From positions 1-27,931 of the IMG/VR virus record IMGVR_UViG_3300042299_000619: 27,931 nucleotides of DNA. One strand, 5' to 3'. The notes beneath the pieces were generated by a model. The model searched no databases. It saw nothing but the letters and a program-made list of their open reading frames with translations, and was not told the DNA's origin. Source of the DNA: a virus. Taxonomy: Duplodnaviria; Caudoviricetes. Position 1 is the stretch's first letter. Every line of letters begins with the position of its first letter. Of this stretch, positions 16,287-26,474 are shown piece after piece. The translations under genes and the position numbers were made by a program.

Positions 16287-19200
16287 CTTAATACGGGTAA
16301 AGTTAGAACGATAGTATGATTCTGGAAGATTAGGATCTATCATATATTTATTATGACCAGCAAAGTATAATCTGCCATCATTTAGATGAAGTACTGTATA
16401 TTTACCATCACGTCTATAGTTACTTATAGACTGTATATCTATAATTTTTTCTATTATATCAGATGATAAATCAATTTCGGTAAAGGTGTTGAGTTGTTCG
16501 TTTGAACCAATGCCGCTTTCAAAATTTGAATTTTCTCCAGCCGCGAACAGATAATATTTGTTATTTTCTTCTTTATATGCTTTTATAAAATTAACAGTAT
16601 TGCGATTATAACCGTTGCCACAATAAAAATCGCTAATTGAAAATCCATTATTTGATAATTCAGTTTCCACGAATCTATTATTTGTACTGGAACCTTGTGA
16701 ACCACCAAATTTTCCATTCGTATTATTTCCAATGCACCATAATTCGGTTACGAGTTGTTTATTATTAGTTATATTATAAACTTTAACGCTGTTTGTACCG
16801 GGAGAGCCAACGATAACACGAGTGCCATCAGAATTTAGATAGACTGAAGCTCCAAAATCTTCATTAACAGTAGATGTTCCATCAATATTATTAGCAGCTC
16901 TAAGCCAATTATTACCCATTAATCCATATATTTGAACTTGACCTGAAGTAGTTCCAGTCAATGAACTAATATTATTTGGTGCACCTATCGCAATACGAGA
17001 TCCATCGCTATTTAAACATATAGAAGCACCAAATTCATTTTGTGACGTTTCACTATTGATATCAGAACCAATCTGTGTCCAATTTTGATTGATTAATTCG
17101 TGCGCTCTAACTACTGTATTTGTTGACGTCAAACGAGCAGAATATGCTAAACGATTTCCATCACCACTAAATGATAGTGTTCTTCCAATTTCTTCTCTAG
17201 ACTGTCCATAAATTGTTGAACCAAGCTGTTCCCAGTTTGTTCCATTCAATCTGAAAACGCGAATTGCTCCGCGATTATCTCCCCAATAATCTCGTAACCA
17301 CCATCTACGATATGAAAAGTTATTTGTATATTTTCTTAAGATAGAATTTGGTGAATTTCCATTATTTCCAGGAGCACTAATCGCTATACGATCTCCAACA
17401 GAATTTAATTTGATAGCATATCCAAAACTATCATATCTAGAAGACACTGATATTTTTCCTGCTCCGGCACTGGTATTTCCATGATTGACCCATACTTTAT
17501 CGACAGTAAGAGTGTATATTTTTACTCGTCCGTAATCGGTATTTATAAAAGATGATGTATATTGAGTGTAATTTGGAATGCCTATTGCAATAACTGTTCC
17601 AGCATAGTTTAATGAAAGTGTTCCGTCATACAAGCCTAATTGTTCTTTTGGATCACCTATGATATCACTTCCAACCTGACTCCAAATATTTCCAAGACAT
17701 TCATATACTCTAACAAGCCCATTATCAACGTTTCCGTTATTTCCACCCGTGTCATAGCTAGGACTGCTAATTGCTATACGATCTCCGTTTCCGCTAATCG
17801 CAACACATGTACCAAAGCTTTCATTTCTTGTTGAGTTTGGCGATGATAAAATGTTTCCGTATTGTTGCCATTGATTTGCAACTAATTTATATACTGCAAC
17901 TCTGCTTCCAGTTTGAGTGATTGCTCCACCAAATACTATTGTATTTCCATCATCGCTGATAGCAACGCTTCGACCGGCGCTAGTAGAACTATTTCCAGTT
18001 ATACTTAACGTGTTAGACAGCTGCGAAATAACATTGTATGATTGGCATAAAACATATGTTGCTGCGATTGCAAGACTATTAGTAGTATATACCTTGTTAA
18101 TAATTTTTTCAAACGATGGATTGTTAGTTGGATTTTTTGCATCCCAAACAAGTGTTGGCACGCCAACGATTTCAGTTGAACCATCGCCGATTAAACCTCC
18201 AGATCCCCATGCATATAGTTTACTGCCATCTTCTGTTAAGAGATATGCGTTTTGATGCATTCCTTGTCCACTTGCAAATAATTTACAATTTGTAAGATTT
18301 ATGAATTGTCCTGGATTTTGTGGATCAGGAATATCAATGCCGTTATTATTAAATGCGCTATTTGTTTCACTTTGACTGTCATCACCTCTAAGTCTTTGAT
18401 AGCCATATCCTGCCATACGCAGTTTACCGTCTAAAGTGATTACTAGTATAGTTTCGTATGACTGCATTGCTCCACCTGGAGTTAATGCATCTCCGCCGAC
18501 TAGAATCGCATCATTCACAGTTGCTCCGTTCAATACTGGAGCAGTTTCGCCGTTTGATTTAGACGAAGTTGAAATAGTCGTAGTATTTCCATTTACTCCA
18601 TATCTGTTTATTCCTGCAATCCAAAGACGATTTGAAGTATCAATTACTGCTATAGTACTAATTTGTAGAGGTTCGCTTGATATTATTACGCGTTTAATTT
18701 TATTCGTCGAACCATTATATGTGTATAACGGAGTAAATGCCTTTTTCCAAGTTTTTGATGAAGAAGAATATGGTATGCAGTTAAACATATTGCCACGATT
18801 TTGACCCATAAACCACAATTCTCCAACAGTGTCGAGTACAATCAGACTATCGTATGTAATGTATAATTTATCTGCTTTACGATTATCTGGCAAATGCAAT
18901 TCAGTATGTCCGTACTTATCAGCGTATCCAAATCTATTTCCAGTATTATCTCCATTTACAACAATTGTGCCGATATCAGTGATATAGCAAAAATCAGAAT
19001 TATTTCCAGTTGAAGTATATCTAGAACTAGCATATTTTTCTGCTAGCTTGGCTGATGGTCCTTTACGACGCAATAATTCATTAACGTATTCTTCAGTTGC
19101 AATACGTTTTCTTAGTATTGGATCAGATCCTTCGTATAGAGCTGAGGTAACTGAATCCCATGAGGGTGCACCCACCGATAATTTATCAGGAGATACTGAA

Positions 19201-20372
19201 TTTGTTTGAAGTTTATCCTGTGATATAGAACGGTCTGCTATACCCAATTCTCTAGACTGATTTACGACTAACGTGTTGTCATAATTTAAATTGATGGTCG
19301 TATTACCACCAGTTAACATATCAATGTTTTCAATAGATTCTCCATCTTTCGTAAATGTCAACACGTTACCACGATTTACAAAAGTATTTACTACAGCATC
19401 TTTTGTAGCTTTAATTATATAGAACGCTGAAGTATATGGTTGTATATTATTATGTGCTGTTCCAGGACCAGTAGTATTTGGAGGATTGAGTGTATAGATG
19501 AGGTCTCCAGTTTCGCTGCTAACTACTTTATTAGAACGAACTGGCAATTCGTTTGTAATCAATCCATGATTATATTTTCCTCCAGTGCTGCCTATAGTAA
19601 AGTTTTTAGATTCAGTTCCATCATTTCCCAAACCAGATCCAACCAAAACTCGACCATTTAAATTCGGCAAAGTATAAAACCAACTGGCATTATATCTCAC
19701 CGATGACGCTTCTATATTACCCGTGCGAGTAGTATATATTTTTCCATAGGTATTTAATAGTGCCTTTGCTAAATCTGGATAATCTTCGCCTTTAAAACGT
19801 TCTCCCGAACACTGCAACCAACCAGTTGGCGCTGAACTAATAGACTGTGAAATTATAGAACCAACTGGTAATATTTCGTTTACTGTTAGTATTTTTGTGG
19901 TTCCTTCTTGCTTTACGATGTCAACTATGCTGTTATAACTTTGCCATGATAGCGAGTTACCACTTTTAATTAAAATGCTGTTTTCGCTTGGGTTTACTGT
20001 AGGTAAAATATAATTAATATCACCCAGTTTTATATTAGGGCCAGTGTTATCTAGTCTATCTACCTTTAGAAAATCAATGCATATGCCTGAACCATCATTA
20101 TAAATTCCAGCGTTGCCAACCTTTAATATAGGTGATTCTTTAGTTCCAGATTCAAAGGTTTTTACTCCAGTTATCGTTTGTTTTTCTCCAATGAATAGAG
20201 TAGATGGAATTCCATTAGAATAGAATGGATCTATTCTAGAGTCAACACTTATAAGCTTTTCTATTATACCATTCGTCTTTTTTCTCCAGGTATCAAATGT
20301 ATCACTTGTATTAATACCGTTGACAGCATTATTAGAAAATTCTTCGAAATTTATAAATTGTGTTTTATCCAT
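16284..20372 (-). CDS. Tail-collar domain fibre with RCC1-like propeller and nested FG-GAP-like propeller
   Basis: About 1362 aa (ATG 20372; GTG 20375 is an alternative). N-terminal SDTFDTWRKKTN; collar domain PVGSI...APTGWLQCSG...YPDL...LPNLNGRVLVG...HNNIQPY...YIIKA; RCC1-like blades such as VLDTVGELWFMGQN. Confidence 0.87.
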   Translation of the reverse strand: MDKTQFINFEEFSNNAVNGINTSDTFDTWRKKTNGIIEKLISVDSRIDPFYSNGIPSTLFIGEKQTITGVKTFESGTKESPILKVGNAGIYNDGSGICIDFLKVDRLDNTGPNIKLGDINYILPTVNPSENSILIKSGNSLSWQSYNSIVDIVKQEGTTKILTVNEILPVGSIISQSISSAPTGWLQCSGERFKGEDYPDLAKALLNTYGKIYTTRTGNIEASSVRYNASWFYTLPNLNGRVLVGSGLGNDGTESKNFTIGSTGGKYNHGLITNELPVRSNKVVSSETGDLIYTLNPPNTTGPGTAHNNIQPYTSAFYIIKATKDAVVNTFVNRGNVLTFTKDGESIENIDMLTGGNTTINLNYDNTLVVNQSRELGIADRSISQDKLQTNSVSPDKLSVGAPSWDSVTSALYEGSDPILRKRIATEEYVNELLRRKGPSAKLAEKYASSRYTSTGNNSDFCYITDIGTIVVNGDNTGNRFGYADKYGHTELHLPDNRKADKLYITYDSLIVLDTVGELWFMGQNRGNMFNCIPYSSSSKTWKKAFTPLYTYNGSTNKIKRVIISSEPLQISTIAVIDTSNRLWIAGINRYGVNGNTTTISTSSKSNGETAPVLNGATVNDAILVGGDALTPGGAMQSYETILVITLDGKLRMAGYGYQRLRGDDSQSETNSAFNNNGIDIPDPQNPGQFINLTNCKLFASGQGMHQNAYLLTEDGSKLYAWGSGGLIGDGSTEIVGVPTLVWDAKNPTNNPSFEKIINKVYTTNSLAIAATYVLCQSYNVISQLSNTLSITGNSSTSAGRSVAISDDGNTIVFGGAITQTGSRVAVYKLVANQWQQYGNILSSPNSTRNESFGTCVAISGNGDRIAISSPSYDTGGNNGNVDNGLVRVYECLGNIWSQVGSDIIGDPKEQLGLYDGTLSLNYAGTVIAIGIPNYTQYTSSFINTDYGRVKIYTLTVDKVWVNHGNTSAGAGKISVSSRYDSFGYAIKLNSVGDRIAISAPGNNGNSPNSILRKYTNNFSYRRWWLRDYWGDNRGAIRVFRLNGTNWEQLGSTIYGQSREEIGRTLSFSGDGNRLAYSARLTSTNTVVRAHELINQNWTQIGSDINSETSQNEFGASICLNSDGSRIAIGAPNNISSLTGTTSGQVQIYGLMGNNWLRAANNIDGTSTVNEDFGASVYLNSDGTRVIVGSPGTNSVKVYNITNNKQLVTELWCIGNNTNGKFGGSQGSSTNNRFVETELSNNGFSISDFYCGNGYNRNTVNFIKAYKEENNKYYLFAAGENSNFESGIGSNEQLNTFTEIDLSSDIIEKIIDIQSISNYRRDGKYTVLHLNDGRLYFAGHNKYMIDPNLPESYYRSNFTRIK

Positions 20373-20604
20373 CACTATTACTATTTATGTCTTTTTTATT
20401 TAAGATATTTATTATTTCATTTTTCCACTTTAATAGCTCTTCAACCTGTTCCTTTAAATCTTCTATAGTTTTTTTATTTTCTATAATATTTTTTTTACGG
20501 TTGACTGCATAATTATATGCAGTCGTATCACAATTTAAGATGGCGCCAGAAAAGGTATCTCTTTCAAGCGAATCATTTCCTGTAACTTTAACTTTTCTTG
20601 ACAT
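20365..20604 (-). CDS. Small conserved T4-like phage protein with C-terminal coiled coil
   Basis: 79 aa. VKVTGNDSLERDTFSGAILNCD..AY matches the KVEGHxxLxRDxxTGAIINxD small gene I recognise following DUF4815/VrlC in T4-like cyanophage-type genomes. Confidence 0.8.
   Translation of the reverse strand: MSRKVKVTGNDSLERDTFSGAILNCDTTAYNYAVNRKKNIIENKKTIEDLKEQVEELLKWKNEIINILNKKDINSNSDG
20382..20389 (-). promoter_or_regulatory. Near-consensus late promoter CATAAATA
   Basis: Inside the 3' end of the 79-aa gene, 6 nt before GTG 20375 and 9 nt before ATG 20372. Confidence 0.45.
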
Positions 20605-20606
20605 AC

Positions 20607-23600
20607 TTAGATTGTTGCGATTGCCCTAAAGTCACGAACCGTTGGGATATCTACAATATTATTCGATAGCAATACTATTTTAACTTGGAATGAAATAAAA
20701 TCAGTTAATGGATTTACTACATATTCAGCTTCTTTATAGTCTTTAGAATTTGAAGATACTGGAAGAGCTGTCGTAGGAGTCACTAATTCCCAATCTAATA
20801 AATCATCTGAAGTAAATTTATCATAACCAAATTTTACATACACGTTAATATTCGTATTTTCAGTTGGTCGATTGACTGATAGATATATGTTTAATCTATC
20901 AGAAGGATTATTTAAGTTAACTTTACGAGTTATGTATCGAGCTTTCGCGTTGCCAACTAAAGTACTGATATTATCAACGATGATATATTCACTTGTAGCA
21001 TTCAAATTAACAGATGATGCTGGAGAAAACGTTAACGTATCATTAGTATTGCTAACAATGGTAAATTGTTGCCCGCTACCAGTTCCACCAGTTATTTTTA
21101 ACTTACTTGGTTTAATCGTACGCCATTCATTTGTCGTCCACTGTTTTTTAGTATCAGTTAGTGTTGTAGTATTGCCAGCAGTAGCGATAGAATTTACATG
21201 AACTTGTACTCCTTCTTTTTGCGAATCATCATTGATGATGTTTGCAATCGTAAGCAATGACGTTCCATCAAGATCAATAACTGGAGATATTGAATCATCA
21301 CTAGTAAACAACTTAGAAGTTATTGTTACAGTTCGGTTGCTATCATTTGTCAATATATTGCTATTAGTTGGCAAATATGTATTTGGTATATTATATGTTT
21401 CGTTATTTTTAATATAAATTTCGTCTTCTCCACCAAATGATATTCTATTTGTTAGTGATGTAGAACTTGGTATCATGCTTGATTGTTTTAAATTATACAT
21501 CGATACTGGAACAGATTCTAAAAATGCTGCAGCTGCAGCTGGCGCATCTCCAATACCAGGGCCGCCACCATCAATGACATTTGTAATACTAACTATTGGA
21601 GGAAGAGTATATCCCGATCCTCTATTAGTTATCTTAATGTTTGTCAATTTTTGAGTGATTGGGTCAATTTCAGCTTCTGCTGTCGCTGCTATCGGAGTAG
21701 CTTCTTCATTTCCATTAGGAGCAATCAACACTATTGGAGGTCTTGTATATTTAGACCCTCTACCATCATTTCCACTTCCATCATCGACAAATTCTATTTT
21801 ACTTATTCCAGTGTGTAGAGTGCGTTCAAATTGTACTTCACCAGATGCTGGCATATTATTACTTGTTGGAGATTTAAACTTAGCCCTTCTAAGTTTAAAT
21901 TTTAAATCACGATCTTGATATGCAGTCCACGTTTGAGAATTAGAACTTGTAAAGAATACTCCGAGATAGTCTTGCTGTATAATTGGAGCTCCAGTTGATG
22001 TATCTTTTTTGCCATATATGCAATAATAACATTCATACGCGGGATCAAATGATTGTATATAGATGCAATATTCATCGTTTGATTTTAAGAATATTGGATT
22101 TTTAAATGTAAATGTTGTTGCCAGTGATGCATCATCACTAATGTTTACCTCAGTTGGTAATTTTTCAACTACAGAATATGGAACTATCGTATTTGTAGGA
22201 TATCCATTTTTCATAGTAAGAATTGATATCCAAACAGGAGCAGTTGTACCCTTTTTAGAGAAATATAAATCGACAGAAGTTACAAATACACCTTCTTTAA
22301 ATGTATTGCTTTCAATTACGAATGATTGCGCAAGCGGGTCTTTATATGTAACGGTATTAATATCAACCTGAATGTGTTGATCAAATACTGTTCTTTTTTC
22401 TGTAAGATTTTGTACGTTAAACTGTGGTACCTTGGTAGAAATTATCGACTCCTGAGAAATCGAAGACATTCCGTATGCAGTATATATTGCTTCGCCGTAT
22501 GTGTTCGTATCTTCTTCATCATTGCGTTTATCATCAACAAGTCTAAATATTCTTTCTCCAGTATTAAACTTTAAAATATTATTATTTGGTATAATAAATG
22601 AACCATATAACGAACCATTTGCATCTGTAAAAAGTTCGTCAGAAAATTGTGTTCTTGGAGTAATTCCATCCCATTTTGCTGGAATTCCAAATGAGTTCAA
22701 TGGAATTCCAGGTAAGTTAACTGGTAATTTATCAGGAGTTAGATCTTTAAACTCTTGTATTGCAGATGAAATTTTAGCTTGATCTGCTGGTGTTATAAAT
22801 GCAGATGACTGCAAACGTTGAGTATATCCAGATATATCCTTTTTATCAAAAAATGGATATAAACGAGTATTTGGTAAAAATCCAGTAGCCGCAAAATAAA
22901 CTCGACGAGAGCGTATATATGGAATTATTGAAACTTCTCGTAAATATTCTCCAATTGATTGATTGACATTTGACGATGTTAATGTTGTTAAAGTTCCAGT
23001 TCTGCTCTGGTCAAGTTGGAAATCTTCTGTAGTCGTAGTCGTAGTCGTAACAGTACGATTAACATTTGGTTTTTTTGGATCTGGACCGTTTTTCTTGACT
23101 ACATCTACATCAACAGTTTTATTGAGAAGCGTAGTTCTGTATGTTTCCCAATGTTGATAATCATAGCCCAATATATCTACCTCTGGGTCAGATGCAATAT
23201 ATTTAATTGCATCAAATGCAGAATCATCTTGTATTATAAGGTCTGGCTGTACAGTCGTTTCTTTCCAGTTATCTGAACTTGGAGATAATACAATATTACC
23301 TTCAACCTTTGCTAGAAGGTGAGGTTGAACACTTATCGTATTTGTAGATTGCAACTGAGAGATAAGATCAACTTCATCATAGTTTAACGTAATAATACTG
23401 TGATGAATTTTTAATTTACCGCTGTCTATCAACCCATTGATAACAGCTGATTTAATACGCATATCGATGTTTTGCGTTTTAGTTAGCGGTCGTAAAACAT
23501 TATTTTTTCGATCTACTGAACACTTATATTGTTTATCAAAAACATTTCCAACACCGTGTCCTAAAAAATTATCAACCAAAATACCATTTTTAAATCTTAT

Positions 23601-26474
23601 TCCATCATCATCAAATATTGGCTTATCATTTGCAGATCTCTCGAGCAGAGACAACGAAGTGTAATATTCAATATTACGAATACGTGATTCGATATCACCG
23701 ATATCTCTCATTGTATATCTACGATTATCGATATACTGCATAGTAATATCATTGATATTAGCTGTATATGCAGGAACAGTAATTGTGTATAGTGCCATCG
23801 CTCCAGGAGGAGTTTCTGGAGCAAGTGGAGTAAATGAAGGAATTCCTGGAACGATACTAAAAGAATTATTTGAATGTGCAACCAATTTATCAATTCTAGA
23901 CAAATAAAATTCTGCAGTAATATCCATCGCAGTATTCGGATCAATTAGTATATTTCCAGAATTATTGACTAATGAAGTGCTAGCCTGATTAGTTAGAACA
24001 CCAGAATAAACCAAGTCGGGTCTAAAATCTATAACGTCAGATAAAAATCTGCCTTTATATACAGGTATATTGTTTCGATCAACAGAGTATGAATTTGCTG
24101 TATAGAATCTAGCTCCATTAGGGGAATTGCCCCTAACAAAATATTGATATTGCACTGTTATGCTTGAAGAAATTGTCCCGTCTCCAATATATCTAATGCG
24201 AGCATTGGTATAATGATCATCTCTTTGACCATCATCAAAAAGTTCAAACATGCTTGTGGCGTCAGGATCAGTAATGCTGTTGCCTATAGTAACCTTTATG
24301 ATATTAACAGCATCTGGTTTTGATAATTTGAATACTGAAGCAGTGTTGGTATCTGATAAAACTATAGTTTCAGTAATAGTAACTGCAGTTTTAGGCGTAT
24401 GAGTTGCATTTACAAATCTGATTGATGATATAACATGATATGTTCCTATTCCAAAATTTTGTGACTCGATTGTTTTTTGCGTTAAACCGTTTGTAACATA
24501 TCTCCACGTATAATTCGCACCGCTACCATAAGTAAAAACATTTCCATTAACGAGTATAACAGAATCTTCGAAATTTGAAAATTCTCCTCCTCCAGATGGT
24601 AAAGTTATAGACAGTTGTTCGTAGCCACCAATGCTGGAATTTGTAGTAACCCCAGTAAAATATGTTTTTCCATAAAACGAAAAATTATTAATTTGTTTTG
24701 CGCTATGATACGGCAAATTAAAATAGCCTAGCGTAGAAGAATTTTCGTTTAATACACTTTGCAAACTATCAATCGTAAAAGTAAAAGCTCCATTAGTTAT
24801 AGTGTTTATGTCATCAAATCTATACAACGAAGTGTCTTCAAATTTTACATCATACACATAGCATCTATAGTTAGTAGAACCAGCAATTGCCTCTACTGAT
24901 TTTATCTTGCATGTTCCAATTTTAGGTGTTACTCCAGTCTTTTTTAAATCATAGACTGCATTAACTGTTCCAATATTTGGAAGCGACGTACCGCTTATTG
25001 CTCCAATAAAATAACTTCCAACACTAGCACTTAAACTAAGTTTTGATTCTATGATATGCGATTCATCTCGTGCTTTTGGAGCATTAATATTTAATGGAGA
25101 TTTTAATTCAACTCTATTTCCATCAACGTATGCAGTCGATGGTTCTACTGTAATATTAAATCTATCTTTAGCATCATTAATAGCTATTAATTTTTGACCC
25201 AAAGTTGCAACCTGATAGCCTGCAAGATCAAGATCATCTGCCTTATAGGTACCATAAACAAATCCACGTTCTAAAACACGTCCGGTACCGATAGTGCTTG
25301 AAGCATTCGCTGTTGCTATAAACGTATGACCAACAGATGGATTTGAACCAGCTCCAACAGTTGTCCAATTCGTAGTTCCAATATCTTGAATCGTATATCT
25401 ATTTCCAGCTACTATACATGTTGCAGGCAATTCACTGCCATCATATAATTCTCTAACACGTGCTATAAATGGATTTAATGTATAATTTCCAGATTCTTCT
25501 CTTGTTCGTTGAGCTAAAATAGAATTTATTTCTTTATACTTATCAGTTACAATAAATTCTTTAGGACGTGAATTTTCAATAAATAGCAGTTTAATAAAAC
25601 CACGATTTAAAACAGGTGTTGTTTTAATTGCATCAAATTCGCTTGTCGTATACCACTTTAATGTTAAATTAATTTGATATCTATCCGCTCCTGGGGCAGT
25701 ATAATTTGGGGTGCCTGCTGCATTATCATATAAAGAACTGTCTTCGGTTGCGCTTACCTGAGTTTCTTCTGCCAACAATATTGCATAGCCATTAACTACA
25801 TCAGACAAACTCGTTTTATCAACAAAGAGATATTGTTGTGGAGCAGCAACAAACGATCCTCTAGTATAAAATACTCCGCTTGCACAAGAAAATCCAAATG
25901 CCAATCCAGTGCTTACAGCAGACAGTGTTGTTGTTTGTGGAGTATTAGCTGTAACTTTTGTTAATTGAATATTATAAACAGTATTTGCGCTACCAGTATC
26001 CAAAAATTCCCTAATATTTTCATTATTTTGACTTATTACTGAATTTTCATAAGATATATAAAATCTTATTTGCTTTGTCGTAGCATTAGAAACGCTAGTT
26101 ACATCCTTATAATCATAAATTTTCGCCTTTAAGCCGTTTGTATGAGTAATATACTCTGCCTTATCTAAAACATCTTGATAGTTATATACAGTGAGACCCT
26201 CAGTAACTGTTATATTATTAGGTATATTAAGAGTTATTGAATAAATCTTTTCTAAAAAAGTTGTTTCACCACCAATTATTGCAGTATCATCTTTCCAAAC
26301 ACTAGATCCAAGACGATTAATTTGTTCTTGAAGAATAGTTTGTAATTGGTTAATTTCTCTGACCTGTACACTATAACCAGGTTTAAATAATATACGCAGA
26401 TAGTTTTTGTCTGCATTTTTCGACTCATTAAAGTCGTCATAATATGTTTGAGAATATGATGTAACAGTTGACAT
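20607..26474 (-). CDS. DUF4815/VrlC-like large virion (baseplate-associated) protein
   Basis: 1955 aa. YYDDF...NYLRILFKPGYSVQVREINQLQTILQEQI, APGADRY, NRRYTMRDIGDIESRIRNIEYYTSLSLLE, RFKNGILVDNF, DPLAQSF, DLKFKLRRAKF and the C-terminal PTVRDFRAIA are family hallmarks. Confidence 0.92.
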   Translation of the reverse strand: MSTVTSYSQTYYDDFNESKNADKNYLRILFKPGYSVQVREINQLQTILQEQINRLGSSVWKDDTAIIGGETTFLEKIYSITLNIPNNITVTEGLTVYNYQDVLDKAEYITHTNGLKAKIYDYKDVTSVSNATTKQIRFYISYENSVISQNNENIREFLDTGSANTVYNIQLTKVTANTPQTTTLSAVSTGLAFGFSCASGVFYTRGSFVAAPQQYLFVDKTSLSDVVNGYAILLAEETQVSATEDSSLYDNAAGTPNYTAPGADRYQINLTLKWYTTSEFDAIKTTPVLNRGFIKLLFIENSRPKEFIVTDKYKEINSILAQRTREESGNYTLNPFIARVRELYDGSELPATCIVAGNRYTIQDIGTTNWTTVGAGSNPSVGHTFIATANASSTIGTGRVLERGFVYGTYKADDLDLAGYQVATLGQKLIAINDAKDRFNITVEPSTAYVDGNRVELKSPLNINAPKARDESHIIESKLSLSASVGSYFIGAISGTSLPNIGTVNAVYDLKKTGVTPKIGTCKIKSVEAIAGSTNYRCYVYDVKFEDTSLYRFDDINTITNGAFTFTIDSLQSVLNENSSTLGYFNLPYHSAKQINNFSFYGKTYFTGVTTNSSIGGYEQLSITLPSGGGEFSNFEDSVILVNGNVFTYGSGANYTWRYVTNGLTQKTIESQNFGIGTYHVISSIRFVNATHTPKTAVTITETIVLSDTNTASVFKLSKPDAVNIIKVTIGNSITDPDATSMFELFDDGQRDDHYTNARIRYIGDGTISSSITVQYQYFVRGNSPNGARFYTANSYSVDRNNIPVYKGRFLSDVIDFRPDLVYSGVLTNQASTSLVNNSGNILIDPNTAMDITAEFYLSRIDKLVAHSNNSFSIVPGIPSFTPLAPETPPGAMALYTITVPAYTANINDITMQYIDNRRYTMRDIGDIESRIRNIEYYTSLSLLERSANDKPIFDDDGIRFKNGILVDNFLGHGVGNVFDKQYKCSVDRKNNVLRPLTKTQNIDMRIKSAVINGLIDSGKLKIHHSIITLNYDEVDLISQLQSTNTISVQPHLLAKVEGNIVLSPSSDNWKETTVQPDLIIQDDSAFDAIKYIASDPEVDILGYDYQHWETYRTTLLNKTVDVDVVKKNGPDPKKPNVNRTVTTTTTTTEDFQLDQSRTGTLTTLTSSNVNQSIGEYLREVSIIPYIRSRRVYFAATGFLPNTRLYPFFDKKDISGYTQRLQSSAFITPADQAKISSAIQEFKDLTPDKLPVNLPGIPLNSFGIPAKWDGITPRTQFSDELFTDANGSLYGSFIIPNNNILKFNTGERIFRLVDDKRNDEEDTNTYGEAIYTAYGMSSISQESIISTKVPQFNVQNLTEKRTVFDQHIQVDINTVTYKDPLAQSFVIESNTFKEGVFVTSVDLYFSKKGTTAPVWISILTMKNGYPTNTIVPYSVVEKLPTEVNISDDASLATTFTFKNPIFLKSNDEYCIYIQSFDPAYECYYCIYGKKDTSTGAPIIQQDYLGVFFTSSNSQTWTAYQDRDLKFKLRRAKFKSPTSNNMPASGEVQFERTLHTGISKIEFVDDGSGNDGRGSKYTRPPIVLIAPNGNEEATPIAATAEAEIDPITQKLTNIKITNRGSGYTLPPIVSITNVIDGGGPGIGDAPAAAAAFLESVPVSMYNLKQSSMIPSSTSLTNRISFGGEDEIYIKNNETYNIPNTYLPTNSNILTNDSNRTVTITSKLFTSDDSISPVIDLDGTSLLTIANIINDDSQKEGVQVHVNSIATAGNTTTLTDTKKQWTTNEWRTIKPSKLKITGGTGSGQQFTIVSNTNDTLTFSPASSVNLNATSEYIIVDNISTLVGNAKARYITRKVNLNNPSDRLNIYLSVNRPTENTNINVYVKFGYDKFTSDDLLDWELVTPTTALPVSSNSKDYKEAEYVVNPLTDFISFQVKIVLLSNNIVDIPTVRDFRAIATI

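Noticed and set aside
23029-23049. (GTAGTC)x3 microsatellite as a phase-variation tract
   Set aside because: It is an in-frame hexamer encoding a poly-Thr stretch, so slippage would not shift the frame.
710-23664. Numerous plus-strand ORFs (60-200 aa) in the ORF track
   Set aside because: All lie antisense to long minus-strand genes and have V/P/L/S-rich shadow composition with no recognisable motifs.
12014-23944. Short alternative-frame minus-strand ORFs (12014..12199, 23708..23944)
   Set aside because: They overlap well-supported genes out of frame and have no motif or initiation context.
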